56,023 nt of DNA. Source: Minisyncoccota bacterium. GTDB lineage: Bacteria; Patescibacteriota; Minisyncoccia; UBA6257; 2-01-FULL-56-20. The notes under the pieces were generated by a model. The model did not search any database, had not been told where the DNA came from, and saw nothing but the letters and a program-made list of their open reading frames with translations. Each line of letters opens with the position of its first letter. Position 1 is the first letter of the stretch. The position numbers were made by a program, and so were the translations under genes. Positions 17,966 through 27,262 of this stretch are shown piece by piece. The DNA is taken from positions 1 through 56,023 of the forward strand of contig JANWIW010000013.1 of the NCBI GenBank assembly GCA_025449695.1, given 5' to 3'.

Positions 17966-18133
17966 ATGAAGAAAAGTAGATTAATATGCTCCGTTCTCGC
18001 AATAGTATTCGGGGCATTGATGTTCGTATATGGCGGGATTGACGATAGTCCCGGAGGGCAATTGCTCGGCCTCCTCGCATTTATCCTCGGCATTGTAGGC
18101 GTGATCAAGAGCAAGAAGAAAAATTCTGGCTAA
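17966..18133 (+). CDS. Small two-helix membrane protein
   Basis: 55 aa: MKKSRLICSVLAIVFGALMFVYGGIDDSPGGQLLGLLAFILGIVGVIKSKKKNSG. Confidence 0.5.
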   Translation: MKKSRLICSVLAIVFGALMFVYGGIDDSPGGQLLGLLAFILGIVGVIKSKKKNSG

Positions 18134-18231
18134 AATCGGGGTCTGACGTCCTCAGCCAAGCGGAGCTCGCGCAGCACAAACACGCTTCCGGGAAATTGCT
18201 CCAATGGGAGTGTGATCTTGGCTGCACGCTT

Positions 18232-18660
18232 TTAACTCTTGTGGTTTTTCTTCATCGCCACAAAAGATTCCTTGATAATTTGCTTGAGAACACTGAGGTT
18301 CACATCTTCCAACTTATTGATATACAGGCACCCTACGCTCTTCTTGTATTTACCTAACTTCTTGAGAAGGGGCGCATGCTCAGAAAATCCTGACATGATA
18401 TAGAGCGTCAGGTTCTGCTTGCGCGGGGAAAATCCGATAAGCAGCCAGTCACCCTCCTGGGTGCTTCTCTCCGATTTGTAGTGGTATGAGCCGAATCCGA
18501 TGATGCTTTGGCCCCACATCTTCGGCTTTTCTCCGGTGATACTTTTGAAAAGCTTAAGGAGCACGAGAGCGTCTTTTCTTTTACTCTCGTCCGGTACTTT
18601 ACGGATGAAATCCGTAACGCTTGCCTTAGTTACTTTTGTTTTAAGTTCTGCCATATGCAT
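18232..18660 (-). CDS. DUF1801 (YdhG-like) domain protein
   Basis: 142 aa. VTDFIRKVPDESKRKDALVLLKLFKSITGEKPKMWG...FSPRKQNLTLYI fits the family pattern as I recall it. Confidence 0.75.
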   Translation of the reverse strand: MHMAELKTKVTKASVTDFIRKVPDESKRKDALVLLKLFKSITGEKPKMWGQSIIGFGSYHYKSERSTQEGDWLLIGFSPRKQNLTLYIMSGFSEHAPLLKKLGKYKKSVGCLYINKLEDVNLSVLKQIIKESFVAMKKNHKS

Positions 18661-18786
18661 AGTCTACCTGTTCGAACCTCAGATATCCACGTCTAGCATC
18701 CGGGTACACACGCCCGACTCTCGGCAAGGAAGCCTCGGAGTTCTGGATCCAAAGGGAGCCAAGGAGAACGGCCCGAGAAGACAAAC

Positions 18787-20118
18787 TCATTTACATCCCA
18801 CGAGCTTGTTCGCGGCACGAAGAGTCGCCTGCAACCAATAGCCGGTAGGGCTGGCAATGCGGAGTGGACTAAGGATTTCTTTGGCATGCGCTGCCTGGAA
18901 CTTCTTGACTGCCGTTTCGGTCGGCTTGTCGAATTCACCTGCGGCATATATTCCGGAAAGTAATTTTTGGCCGGCGAGGAATGTTTGGATGTCAGCTACG
19001 TGAATGCCTTTGTCCCCTTTCTTGGCGTAGCCCACGAAATATGGGCAAGAGGGTTGCGAGGGAATGACCGGAGGAGAACCTGAGGGATTACAGGCGAGCT
19101 CGTTGATCCTTTGGACCGTCGTTTTGCCGACGTGGCCGGTCGGCTGGGTCTCATGCCAGGGATCCAGGATGGAGGCATGTTCCTTTTTTTGAAATCTCTT
19201 CACTGCGTCAAAAGTGGCCTGATCGTAAGTTCCAGATTCCTTGAGGGATTCTCCTTCTTTTTCGCGCAGGAAATCCTGAAGCTTCTTCACTTCGACCGGA
19301 TCATTTGTGCTTCCATACCGGATATAGGCAGTGAGATATGGCGTACAGGTCCGGAGGACGGTGCTTGAGGAGTTGACTGCCTGCTTCGCGTCTTTTGGCG
19401 GAGGTATCGGAGCGTGGAACAGGCCGGAAATTGCACCCAAAGCGTTCCGAAACTTTATATACACCGTTCTCGCGGTGCTGGAAGGGAGCGTCCAGGCAAG
19501 CGTTGCAGCGTAGGGCATCCAGGATGCCTGCGCGAAATCAGGGCTCACGCCGATCAGCATGGCCTGCGCTTCGGGAGCGTTCGACACGAGAACGACATTC
19601 TGGGGACCGGCTCCCGTTCCAGGCTGAACGGCAAATGAAAGATCTTTGAAGGCGGGCGATAACAGCGCTCCGCCGCCCCCGTGCATGACGGGTATCTGCG
19701 GGGCAATTGGGACGGGCGGAGCAGCGGCCATGCAGGGCGCGCCGGTAGGAGTTATGGTCAGCGTTTGCGGACTCGGATTCGTCGAGGGAATGTCGAGTAT
19801 GGCGACCTGATTGCTGTCGCAGGTCACATTCACGATAGAGCCGGAAGTTGCGCCGGCATGATCGATGCCGCTCGAAGCGGAAATCAGCGTAAACCCTTGG
19901 CCAGCCGGGACGGAAACAATGACGCTTGTCGCGTTCACGGTGATCGAATCGGCACCTGACCCCGCAAGCACCGTAAAACTGGCAGCGGGCGAGATCAGGG
20001 CATACGTCACGTCAGCCGCAAAGTTCAGGGTTGCTGCGTGGAGCGTCGCAGGAAAATTCATACCTGCGAGAAACACGATCATCCCCGCAACCGCCGAAGC
20101 TTTTCTCATGAGGCGCAA
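18787..20118 (-). CDS. Secreted protein with C-terminal peptidoglycan-binding (PG_binding_1-like) repeats
   Basis: 443 aa with a signal peptide. It has two repeats of the V..LQ.FL......G.(Y/F)D..T..AVK.FQ type. Confidence 0.7.
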   Translation of the reverse strand: MRLMRKASAVAGMIVFLAGMNFPATLHAATLNFAADVTYALISPAASFTVLAGSGADSITVNATSVIVSVPAGQGFTLISASSGIDHAGATSGSIVNVTCDSNQVAILDIPSTNPSPQTLTITPTGAPCMAAAPPVPIAPQIPVMHGGGGALLSPAFKDLSFAVQPGTGAGPQNVVLVSNAPEAQAMLIGVSPDFAQASWMPYAATLAWTLPSSTARTVYIKFRNALGAISGLFHAPIPPPKDAKQAVNSSSTVLRTCTPYLTAYIRYGSTNDPVEVKKLQDFLREKEGESLKESGTYDQATFDAVKRFQKKEHASILDPWHETQPTGHVGKTTVQRINELACNPSGSPPVIPSQPSCPYFVGYAKKGDKGIHVADIQTFLAGQKLLSGIYAAGEFDKPTETAVKKFQAAHAKEILSPLRIASPTGYWLQATLRAANKLVGCK

Positions 20119-20130
20119 GGGAGCCCTATC

Positions 20131-21753
20131 TTATTTGATCACGCGAATGATGTAGGGGCTCGCGGTAGGCGTTGAGAGCAGCACGGCGCAGACCTTGACC
20201 GTGACCGTATCCGCCGAGCTGACGTAGCCACGCCAATAGATACCATCGCCCGGATAGGTCTGGGGAGTCGTGATGACCGCCATGGTCGTTGCCGCGCCGG
20301 TCACGGTGGTCGCGGCGGAGGCGCAAGAACCCGCGGCAAGAAGGCCGCCGCCGATCGAGGCAGAGGTTGCGCTCAGTACCGTTGCCACATTCGTGCCGCC
20401 TACAGTGAGCGTGCCTGATATTTTGCCGTTACCGACGACGTCCAGGGCTTGAGCAGGGGTGCTCGTGCCGATCCCCAGCCGGGAAGCGGAGTTGTCCCAG
20501 AACAAGCTGGCGTTGTTCTGGGAATAGAGGCCGGAGGGACCGCTGAAAAGCACCGACCCTTGCGTGAAGGTGGTGGAGGTTCCAGTGCCGCCACGGGCAA
20601 TTCCAAGCGTGCCGTTCCACAGAGGAGTGAGAGTGTGGGTACCTCCTGCACTGGACACGGTAAGCTGTACGTTCGCATCCGTGCCGGTCGCGAAAGTCTG
20701 GGTCGAGCTCGAGGAACCGTTCAAGGAAGTGATACTCGAGGGACCGCCGGCGACGCTTTCCCAAGAGACGCCGTTCGGCGCGGTCGAAGATGCGGTAAGC
20801 ACCTTGCCGTCGGTGCCGGCCGGCAGCGTGGTCCACCCACTGCCCGCGTTCGCAACTGCGAGGTTGCCGGTCGAGGTCGCGAGATTGAAACCCATACTGC
20901 CAGTGGAAGCGTTATAGCTGATCGGGCTGGTTGCGGAAAAAGCCGCCCGAGCACGGCTATCGGTGTAGTAGAGGTTTCCGTTTTCCGGCACAACTCCGGT
21001 ATCGAGCGTTTGGAACGTCTTGTCACCACGCCAGTATTGTGCAGTACTCCCCGCGGAGATCTCCGGCTCTTTGGCCTTGAATTCGCTCCAGTCCGCTCCG
21101 GTCAGCAAGCCGCGGGCGGTCGCGGCTGCCGAAGGAAGCTGGAATACGTGAACGCCGCTCGAAGAGGTGATGGCGAAATCCGTGCCGGAGACGCTTGTCG
21201 CGAAAAGCTGGCTTCCATCGGCGAGGCCGTTTAGCGACGCAATACCCGCAGAAGACACACCGCTCGAAGCTGCGGAGAGCCGGCCCTTCCCATCAACGGT
21301 AATGGTCGGATTCGTATAAGTTCCGGGACTCACGGTCGTCGTCGCGAGCGTAAACGCGCCGCTGCTTGAGATGCTCCCCTCTCCGCCGACACTCACATAC
21401 GCGGCAATGCCGGAGTTGTCCGTCATGATGATCTTGCCCGGCGTGCTGGTCGCAAGATAATTGATCGGCACCCCGCGCAAAGGAACGAATGCGCCGCCTA
21501 CGGTGAGCGGGCCGTTGACCGTCATCAGCCCTTCGCCGAATACGACAGGGCCGTTGTTGATCGTTTGAAGCGAGAGGGTGCCTGTGGCCAAATCCCATAC
21601 TGAAGAGCTATTCACCGTCATGCCGATTCCCCCGTCACTCACGATGCCGGTACCGTTCAGGGTAAGCGCCGCGTAAGCGGTAGAGACCCCAAAAATGAAA
21701 AGGGTGGCGGCGAGAGTGCCTGCCAGCTTCCTTTGTTTTGGGAACGGCCTCAT
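20131..21753 (-). CDS. Secreted fibre-like protein with phage tail-fibre-type motifs
   Basis: 540 aa, with a signal peptide and Gly/Ser/Thr-rich beta repeats. Motifs: ARGLLTGADWSEFKAK, QYWRGDKTFQTLD, GTDGKVLTASSTAPNGVSWE. Confidence 0.7.
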   Translation of the reverse strand: MRPFPKQRKLAGTLAATLFIFGVSTAYAALTLNGTGIVSDGGIGMTVNSSSVWDLATGTLSLQTINNGPVVFGEGLMTVNGPLTVGGAFVPLRGVPINYLATSTPGKIIMTDNSGIAAYVSVGGEGSISSSGAFTLATTTVSPGTYTNPTITVDGKGRLSAASSGVSSAGIASLNGLADGSQLFATSVSGTDFAITSSSGVHVFQLPSAAATARGLLTGADWSEFKAKEPEISAGSTAQYWRGDKTFQTLDTGVVPENGNLYYTDSRARAAFSATSPISYNASTGSMGFNLATSTGNLAVANAGSGWTTLPAGTDGKVLTASSTAPNGVSWESVAGGPSSITSLNGSSSSTQTFATGTDANVQLTVSSAGGTHTLTPLWNGTLGIARGGTGTSTTFTQGSVLFSGPSGLYSQNNASLFWDNSASRLGIGTSTPAQALDVVGNGKISGTLTVGGTNVATVLSATSASIGGGLLAAGSCASAATTVTGAATTMAVITTPQTYPGDGIYWRGYVSSADTVTVKVCAVLLSTPTASPYIIRVIK

Positions 21754-21970
21754 TGGTTCAAGAAATCATCCCAATACGCATATAAGAGAAGATAAGCCGG
21801 AGTATAAGAAAACATTAAAACAACCTAAAGACATGGCCGTGTCTGGAGCGCCTTCGTTAAGGATGTCTAATAAAAGTTAAACGGCCGCTGCGGGTGATAT
21901 ACTATAAGCATATCTTCTGGAGATCCGCATCGTGCCCGAAGCTTTGTCCGCTCTTGGACCTACATATCTC

Positions 21971-22648
21971 ATGCGCATTCTGATAGTGGAAGACGAGAAA
22001 CAGATCTGCTCTTTTCTAAAGAGCAGTTTAGAGGAGAAATGCTTCGGCGTGGACATTGCCGAAGACGGGGAGCGCGGCTCCTTTCTCGCCCGAACCGCAA
22101 ATTACGATCTTATGATCCTCGACAATGTGCTTCCCAAAAAGACGGGGCTCGAAGTATGCAGGGAGGTTCGGGACAAGGGCCGGACCGTGCCCATACTGAT
22201 GCTGTCGGTGAAATCCGAAACCGCGACCAAAGTGGACCTCTTGAACGCCGGCGCGGATGATTACCTTATCAAGCCTTTCTCCCTGGATGAGCTTGTGGCA
22301 CGCGTGAATGCCCTCCTTAGGCGGCCCGCAGCGCTTGAGGGCGACGTTATAGAGATCGATGACCTGGTCTTTCACTCCGCAAATTACACCGTATCCCGGT
22401 CCGGCCAGGAAATATACCTTACCCGGAAAGAGTGCATGCTCTTGGCTTATCTTTTGAGACATCGGGGTTTTGTGGTTTCTCGCGGCATGATCCTGGAGCA
22501 CGTCTGGAACATGGATACGGATCCCTTTTCCAACACCATTGAGGCCCATATATCGGGCTTGCGAAGAAAGATCGATGCGCACGGCTCGAAGCGGCTGATC
22601 CATACCGTGCCCGGCCGTGGCTACAAGATCGATGTCTTGATGCGCTGA
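21971..22648 (+). CDS. OmpR-family response regulator
   Basis: MRILIVEDE receiver domain plus a winged-helix trans_reg_C domain (VPGRGYKI). Confidence 0.9.
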   Translation: MRILIVEDEKQICSFLKSSLEEKCFGVDIAEDGERGSFLARTANYDLMILDNVLPKKTGLEVCREVRDKGRTVPILMLSVKSETATKVDLLNAGADDYLIKPFSLDELVARVNALLRRPAALEGDVIEIDDLVFHSANYTVSRSGQEIYLTRKECMLLAYLLRHRGFVVSRGMILEHVWNMDTDPFSNTIEAHISGLRRKIDAHGSKRLIHTVPGRGYKIDVLMR

Positions 22649-22754
22649 CCCGGAACTTCATTTTTTCCTTATGTTTTTTTAATACTTACTTTATAAATTC
22701 TTAAATAGCCCTTTGGAAATGCATCCATGGGACTTTTCCGCGAAGGAGAGCGCA

Positions 22755-23747
22755 ATGCAAGGGAAAAGGAATTTGCTGAAGGAAGTGATCGAGGTCGCAG
22801 ACCTCCCAGATGAAGTTGAACCTGACCGCACATACCGGCTCCTCCCGAAAGACAGGGGTCTCCGGTTCTATGAGGAACGGACGGACCGCAACATCGGCTG
22901 GATCACGGCAGAAGAACAGGCGCTGCTGCGCCGGAGCGTGGTTGCCGTCGCGGGTTGCGGCGGCATGGGCGGAGTCGGCGCGGAGCTCTTGCTGCGGGCA
23001 GGGGTGGGCGAAATCCGTCTGGCGGACCTGGAGATCTTTGATACATCGAATATTCATCGCCAGATCGCAGCAGGCATACAAACGATCGGAACCTCAAAGG
23101 TTTTCGCCACCGCGCGCCGTTTGCGCAACATCACCGACGACACCACCCTCGTGGTCTACCCTCAGGGCGTGACGCCTGAAACCTTCGGGCACTTCGTCCA
23201 CGGTGCCGACCTGGTCCTCGACGAAGTGGAGGCCTGGGCCATCTCCGCGCGCATCGGCCTTCATCGCGAGGCCCGGCATCAAGGGATCCATGTCCTGAAC
23301 TGCAATTCCATTGGCGCCGGTACCCGGCTTTTCCTGTTCACGCCGGAAAGCGACACCATGGAACAATGCCTGGGACTCAGCTATGAAGAGGCCGAGGAAT
23401 TCCGCGTGCGCGTGCGCACGGGAGAAGCGACCACCGGCGAAAAGACGCGCATGGCAGAAGCCGTCATTCGCGGACTTTTGCCGGAAGTGCCCGAGTACTC
23501 TCCGCGGGACCCGTCGGAAAGGACGGCAGGAAATCTGCATCGGCGCCTCTCCGAGGAAGGCAAGGCAATGATATTGGCCTCGAACCCTTACGGCGCCGCG
23601 AGCTTCCTCGTGAACCACTCCCTCTTTCACCTCCTGCGGAACTCCGGGGTTCGCCGCGACATAATCTGGCCGGTGCCAATGCCCGGATACCTTTACCGGG
23701 ACGACCTGCTCGGCGTCCTCAAGGTAGAGCGGCAGAGGTGGTATTGA
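22755..23747 (+). CDS. ThiF/MoeB/E1-like adenylyltransferase lacking zinc CxxC motifs
   Basis: AAGGAG Shine-Dalgarno lies 7 nt before the ATG at 22755. Motifs: ERTDRNIGW, VAVAGCGGMGG, DLEIFDTSNIHRQ, GTSKV, LVLDEVE. Confidence 0.85.
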   Translation: MQGKRNLLKEVIEVADLPDEVEPDRTYRLLPKDRGLRFYEERTDRNIGWITAEEQALLRRSVVAVAGCGGMGGVGAELLLRAGVGEIRLADLEIFDTSNIHRQIAAGIQTIGTSKVFATARRLRNITDDTTLVVYPQGVTPETFGHFVHGADLVLDEVEAWAISARIGLHREARHQGIHVLNCNSIGAGTRLFLFTPESDTMEQCLGLSYEEAEEFRVRVRTGEATTGEKTRMAEAVIRGLLPEVPEYSPRDPSERTAGNLHRRLSEEGKAMILASNPYGAASFLVNHSLFHLLRNSGVRRDIIWPVPMPGYLYRDDLLGVLKVERQRWY

Positions 23748-24313
23748 TGTCCCCGCCGATTATGCTGGCCCAGGATGTCCGCGACCGGCGCCGGGCGCTC
23801 GCATTTGTCCGCAGGCACGTGCGGCAGCTCTATGGGGGCATCCCGCCGCCGGCACAGATCTTTTTCTATGCCGAGCATAGGCGCAGAATCTGCGGCACCA
23901 TCGCCCTGGACTTTGCGGGGCGGGGCGAGAAATTCCTCCTGGAATCGATTTACGGCATCGACTACGACCGGACGCCTTGGCCCTTCGAGCGGGAAAAGAT
24001 CGCGCAGTTCAGCAGATGGTGGACGACCCGGCCGGGGATCGGCGTCCATCTGATGTATGCCGCTCACGCATATGCGCTCGGCCAAGGCAAAAGGTTCGGG
24101 ATCGTGGAGGTCAAGCCCCGGATCGTGGCCCGGGTGGAAGAGTTCGGCATGACGCTCGTAAAGGTGGCCGGAGCTATCCTCCAGATCAAAGGCGAGTCTT
24201 CCCGGGGCGAAAGATACTACGCCATACCGCCCGCTCCGCAACTCTACATGTTCGCTCTGCGCGCCAACGCCGCGGCGTTGGCGCGCTCCATCAGCCTTCA
24301 AGGGGGCCCATGA
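23747..24313 (+). CDS. GNAT-fold-like acyltransferase (resembles the 'thermostable hemolysin' / N-acyl amino-acid synthase type); tentative
   Basis: 188 aa. It is translationally coupled to the ThiF-like gene (TGATG overlap). The segments FSRWW, GKRFGIVEVKPRIV and GERYYAIPP resemble that family as I recall it. Confidence 0.55.
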   Translation: MSPPIMLAQDVRDRRRALAFVRRHVRQLYGGIPPPAQIFFYAEHRRRICGTIALDFAGRGEKFLLESIYGIDYDRTPWPFEREKIAQFSRWWTTRPGIGVHLMYAAHAYALGQGKRFGIVEVKPRIVARVEEFGMTLVKVAGAILQIKGESSRGERYYAIPPAPQLYMFALRANAAALARSISLQGGP

Positions 24314-24320
24314 TTCTTCT

Positions 24321-24364
24321 CCGGCTTTGCGCACATCGCAAAGCCGGATCTTCTTTCGGATTTT
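24321..24364 (+). terminator. Intrinsic terminator after the ThiF/GNAT pair
   Basis: ccggctttgcg-cacat-cgcaaagccgg (11-bp stem) followed by ATCTTCTTTCGGATTTT. Confidence 0.7.
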
Positions 24365-24404
24365 AAGGCTCATTTCATGCTGTTATGATGAATGGGCAAA
24401 CGTC

Positions 24405-26489
24405 ATGAACTGGTTCTATGCCATCGTAGGCATGTTCGCCGCAGGCGACGCCGCGATCGGCGGCTACGTATTTTTCAAGAACCCCTCGCGGCCGCTTCAC
24501 CGCGTGTTTCTAGTGTTCGCTTTCGGCATGGGCCTTGTCGGCGGGGGCATGGTCCTGCTTTTTGCCACTCATCACCTGGTCTTCGACCGGATAGTGTTCG
24601 CCGGCGGTTATCTTATGATCTTCGGGTTGGTGCTCTTGTCCATGAAATTCCCGACCGATAAGAAGATAAGCCCGCGGGTGTGGCTGCTATTCCTCCCGCT
24701 CGCGATCCTTGCCCTGCTGACTCCCTTCGGTTTCCTGGTAAAGAGCGTGATATTCCGTCCGGACGGAATCCTTGAACCGGTGAATGGTCCCGGCATCGGC
24801 TGGTTCGCGATCATCATCGGCGCGTACGTCATCCTGAGCGTCTGGCAGTTTTGGAAGAGCTATCGTTCCCTTTCCGGGGTGCCGCGGTTGCAACTGCAAT
24901 ATCTGGCGTTGGGGGCCGGTACTTTCGCGCTCGTCACCTTCGTATGCAACGTGCTCCTGCCTGCGGTAGGGATATTCGACCTCAATCTACTTGGCCCGGT
25001 CTCTTCCTCGATATTTCTGGGCAGCGTGGGCTACGCCATCGTGCGCCACGAACTCCTGGACATCCGGGTGGTCGTCCAGCGAAGCGCGATCTATCTCGCG
25101 CTGATCGGCATCGTGATCGCTTTCTACCTGGGCATGATCTTTGTGCTCGGGCACCTTTTCGGAAAAGCATTCGATCTGGCCGTGGCGGTAAGCGGCGGGC
25201 TCACCGCCTGCGTCGGGGTGTTCACGGTCCCCATGATCGAGCGCTATTTCCGCCGCTTGACCGATCCCCTCTTCTTCAAAGACACCTACGACTACGCCTC
25301 GGCGCTGGAGGAGCTCAGCGAAATACTGAACCAGAACCTGGAAACCCTGAAAATACTGGAAGAAACCTCCTTGACCCTCGCCCGGTTATTCCGGACTTCC
25401 GTCGTGGAGCTTGCCCTCTCTCCTGATTTTTCGGAACTCCCCCGGCCGGATTCCTCCCGCTACTCCTCTCTTTTGGAGGATCTGCAACGAACGAGGAAGA
25501 TCATAAGGGTAGGCGGTCTCGAAGAGATTCCCCGGGACACAGCTTCTGGGGGAAAAAGAAAGTCGTCATCGGCGGACAAGGCAACGGGAATCGAAGTTGC
25601 CGTGCCGATCATCCTGGCGGAAAAGTTCATCGGCGGATTGCTCTTAGGCCCCAAACGCTCCGGCGAGCCCTACCGTCCGCAAGATATGCGCCTCCTGACC
25701 ACTCTCGCCTACCAGCTGGCGGCAGCCCTCGAAAAAGCGAGGCTGTACGAGGAGGTGCGGGCCCACTCCGAACACTTGGAAGAGCGGGTGCGCGAACGGA
25801 CGGCGGAACTTGAAGGACTGCAGGAAAAAGAGCGCAGCATGATGGCGGATATCTCCCATCGCCTCCAGACGCCCCTTACGGTGGTCAAAAGCAAGCTGGG
25901 GTCTTTGCGGATCGAGCCGGTCATGAAGCCGCATCTCGAGATCTTCGAGCGTTCCATCGATGACATCTCCAAATTCATCTACGATCTCATGAACCTCGTG
26001 AGGCTTGGCATGCCGCACCAAAAGGCCTCGCGGGTGCCGGTCGACACAAGCGCGCTGATCGAGAACATCATCGAATACTTTCAGGTGCTTGCGGAAGAGA
26101 AGAATATGAAGGTAGAGGCGGCGATCTCTCCGGATGTCTCCGTGCTCGGGAATAAGGACATGCTCGAAGAGCTCGTCACCAATCTTCTCAGCAATGCCTA
26201 CAAGTACATGGGCGATGCCGAACCGAAGAAGATATGGGTCCGCCTGTGGCAAGAACAAGGACAGGTCGTCCTTGAAGTGGAAGATAGCGGGCCGGGCATC
26301 CCGCGGGACGATCTGAGGCGGATCTTCGAACGGTCTTACCGGGGCCATCGCTCACAGAATTCCGACGGCATGGGCCTTGGTCTCGCCATTACGAAGCGCA
26401 TCGTGGAAAATCACGGCGGCGCTATTGCCATCCAAAGCGAACCCGGTCAGGGTACAAAGGTAACCGTCACTTTCCCCGCAGCTCCGTAG
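24405..26489 (+). CDS. Sensor histidine kinase: multi-TM N-terminal domain, GAF-like domain, HisKA and HATPase
   Basis: It has about 6-7 N-terminal helices, a GAF-like end (VPIILAEKFIGGLLLGPKRSGEPYRPQDMRLL), the H-box DISHRLQTPL and the G-box GMGLGLAI. Confidence 0.9.
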   Translation: MNWFYAIVGMFAAGDAAIGGYVFFKNPSRPLHRVFLVFAFGMGLVGGGMVLLFATHHLVFDRIVFAGGYLMIFGLVLLSMKFPTDKKISPRVWLLFLPLAILALLTPFGFLVKSVIFRPDGILEPVNGPGIGWFAIIIGAYVILSVWQFWKSYRSLSGVPRLQLQYLALGAGTFALVTFVCNVLLPAVGIFDLNLLGPVSSSIFLGSVGYAIVRHELLDIRVVVQRSAIYLALIGIVIAFYLGMIFVLGHLFGKAFDLAVAVSGGLTACVGVFTVPMIERYFRRLTDPLFFKDTYDYASALEELSEILNQNLETLKILEETSLTLARLFRTSVVELALSPDFSELPRPDSSRYSSLLEDLQRTRKIIRVGGLEEIPRDTASGGKRKSSSADKATGIEVAVPIILAEKFIGGLLLGPKRSGEPYRPQDMRLLTTLAYQLAAALEKARLYEEVRAHSEHLEERVRERTAELEGLQEKERSMMADISHRLQTPLTVVKSKLGSLRIEPVMKPHLEIFERSIDDISKFIYDLMNLVRLGMPHQKASRVPVDTSALIENIIEYFQVLAEEKNMKVEAAISPDVSVLGNKDMLEELVTNLLSNAYKYMGDAEPKKIWVRLWQEQGQVVLEVEDSGPGIPRDDLRRIFERSYRGHRSQNSDGMGLGLAITKRIVENHGGAIAIQSEPGQGTKVTVTFPAAP

Positions 26490-26558
26490 GAATTTCTTAG
26501 GGAATAGTCCAACCCAAAGAGCAAGCGCTCTCTGTTCAGTGAGCAATGGACACCTGCC

Positions 26559-27113
26559 TTACCCCTTGCCTGCATCTAAGGCTGCTCTCGCTTCCTCGAG
26601 CAACGGATCGAAGTAATACTTCTTGAGGTGGCGCCCTACGGCGTCGCTCGCTGCATAGAGCGCCTCTGTCCGAAGAATATTGAGATCTGGAGACGTATCC
26701 TGCAACCCCTTCTCAAGTTCCCGGATTTCCGCATCCAATGAGAGGAGCTTGGAATCGAAGTCTCTTGCGCTCTCCTCTGACACGCGCTCCATCTCTGCAA
26801 TGGCACTGGAAAGTCTCTGCGGCTCCACGCCCGGCCGGATAACCTTTCTAATTCCCTTTTCCCCAAAGACATCCGGGTATGCCTGGCTCGTGATGCGGTC
26901 GAAGGCCGCATTCATAGCTTGATTCACGCTCCTCCCCAGCTCCTTCTTAGCCTGGTAGAGCGCCACGAGCCTTCCAAGGCTGGGGTCCGATTCTAACCCG
27001 GAGCTTTGATCCGCAACCGGTCCTTCGCCCTGCTTGCGCAGCGCGGACTCAGCATCTTCGTCCTGGAGGCCGGTGCCTTCAAACCCTTTCTTGGACATCT
27101 CTATATAATACAA
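26559..27113 (-). CDS. Hypothetical acidic helical protein
   Basis: 184-aa ORF with GC3-rich codons. No family recognised. Confidence 0.55.
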   Translation of the reverse strand: MYYIEMSKKGFEGTGLQDEDAESALRKQGEGPVADQSSGLESDPSLGRLVALYQAKKELGRSVNQAMNAAFDRITSQAYPDVFGEKGIRKVIRPGVEPQRLSSAIAEMERVSEESARDFDSKLLSLDAEIRELEKGLQDTSPDLNILRTEALYAASDAVGRHLKKYYFDPLLEEARAALDAGKG

Positions 27114-27262
27114 GCATCTTGGTAATTCGTCTAGAATAATCTAGATAATTTGCTCCGATACAAAGCGCCTCCAGCATCCACCAGCCGGGAGAGCAGCGCT
27201 TGTCTTCTCTTCGCCGAGCCCTCATTTTATTTTCAGAGGATTTGCTTTATAGTTCTCGAATT

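Noticed and set aside
16752-18786. A classical integrative island at tRNA-Asn.
   Set aside because: No integrase is present, and I saw no direct repeat of the tRNA 3' end at the distal boundary. It is reported only as a compositionally distinct islet.
22649-23747. A microcin-C-like system (MccB-type ThiF plus GNAT immunity).
   Set aside because: The ThiF-like protein has no Cys4 zinc site. The only upstream micro-ORF is ATGTTTTTTTAA (MFF), which is not an Asn-terminated peptide. No exporter or peptidase genes are adjacent.
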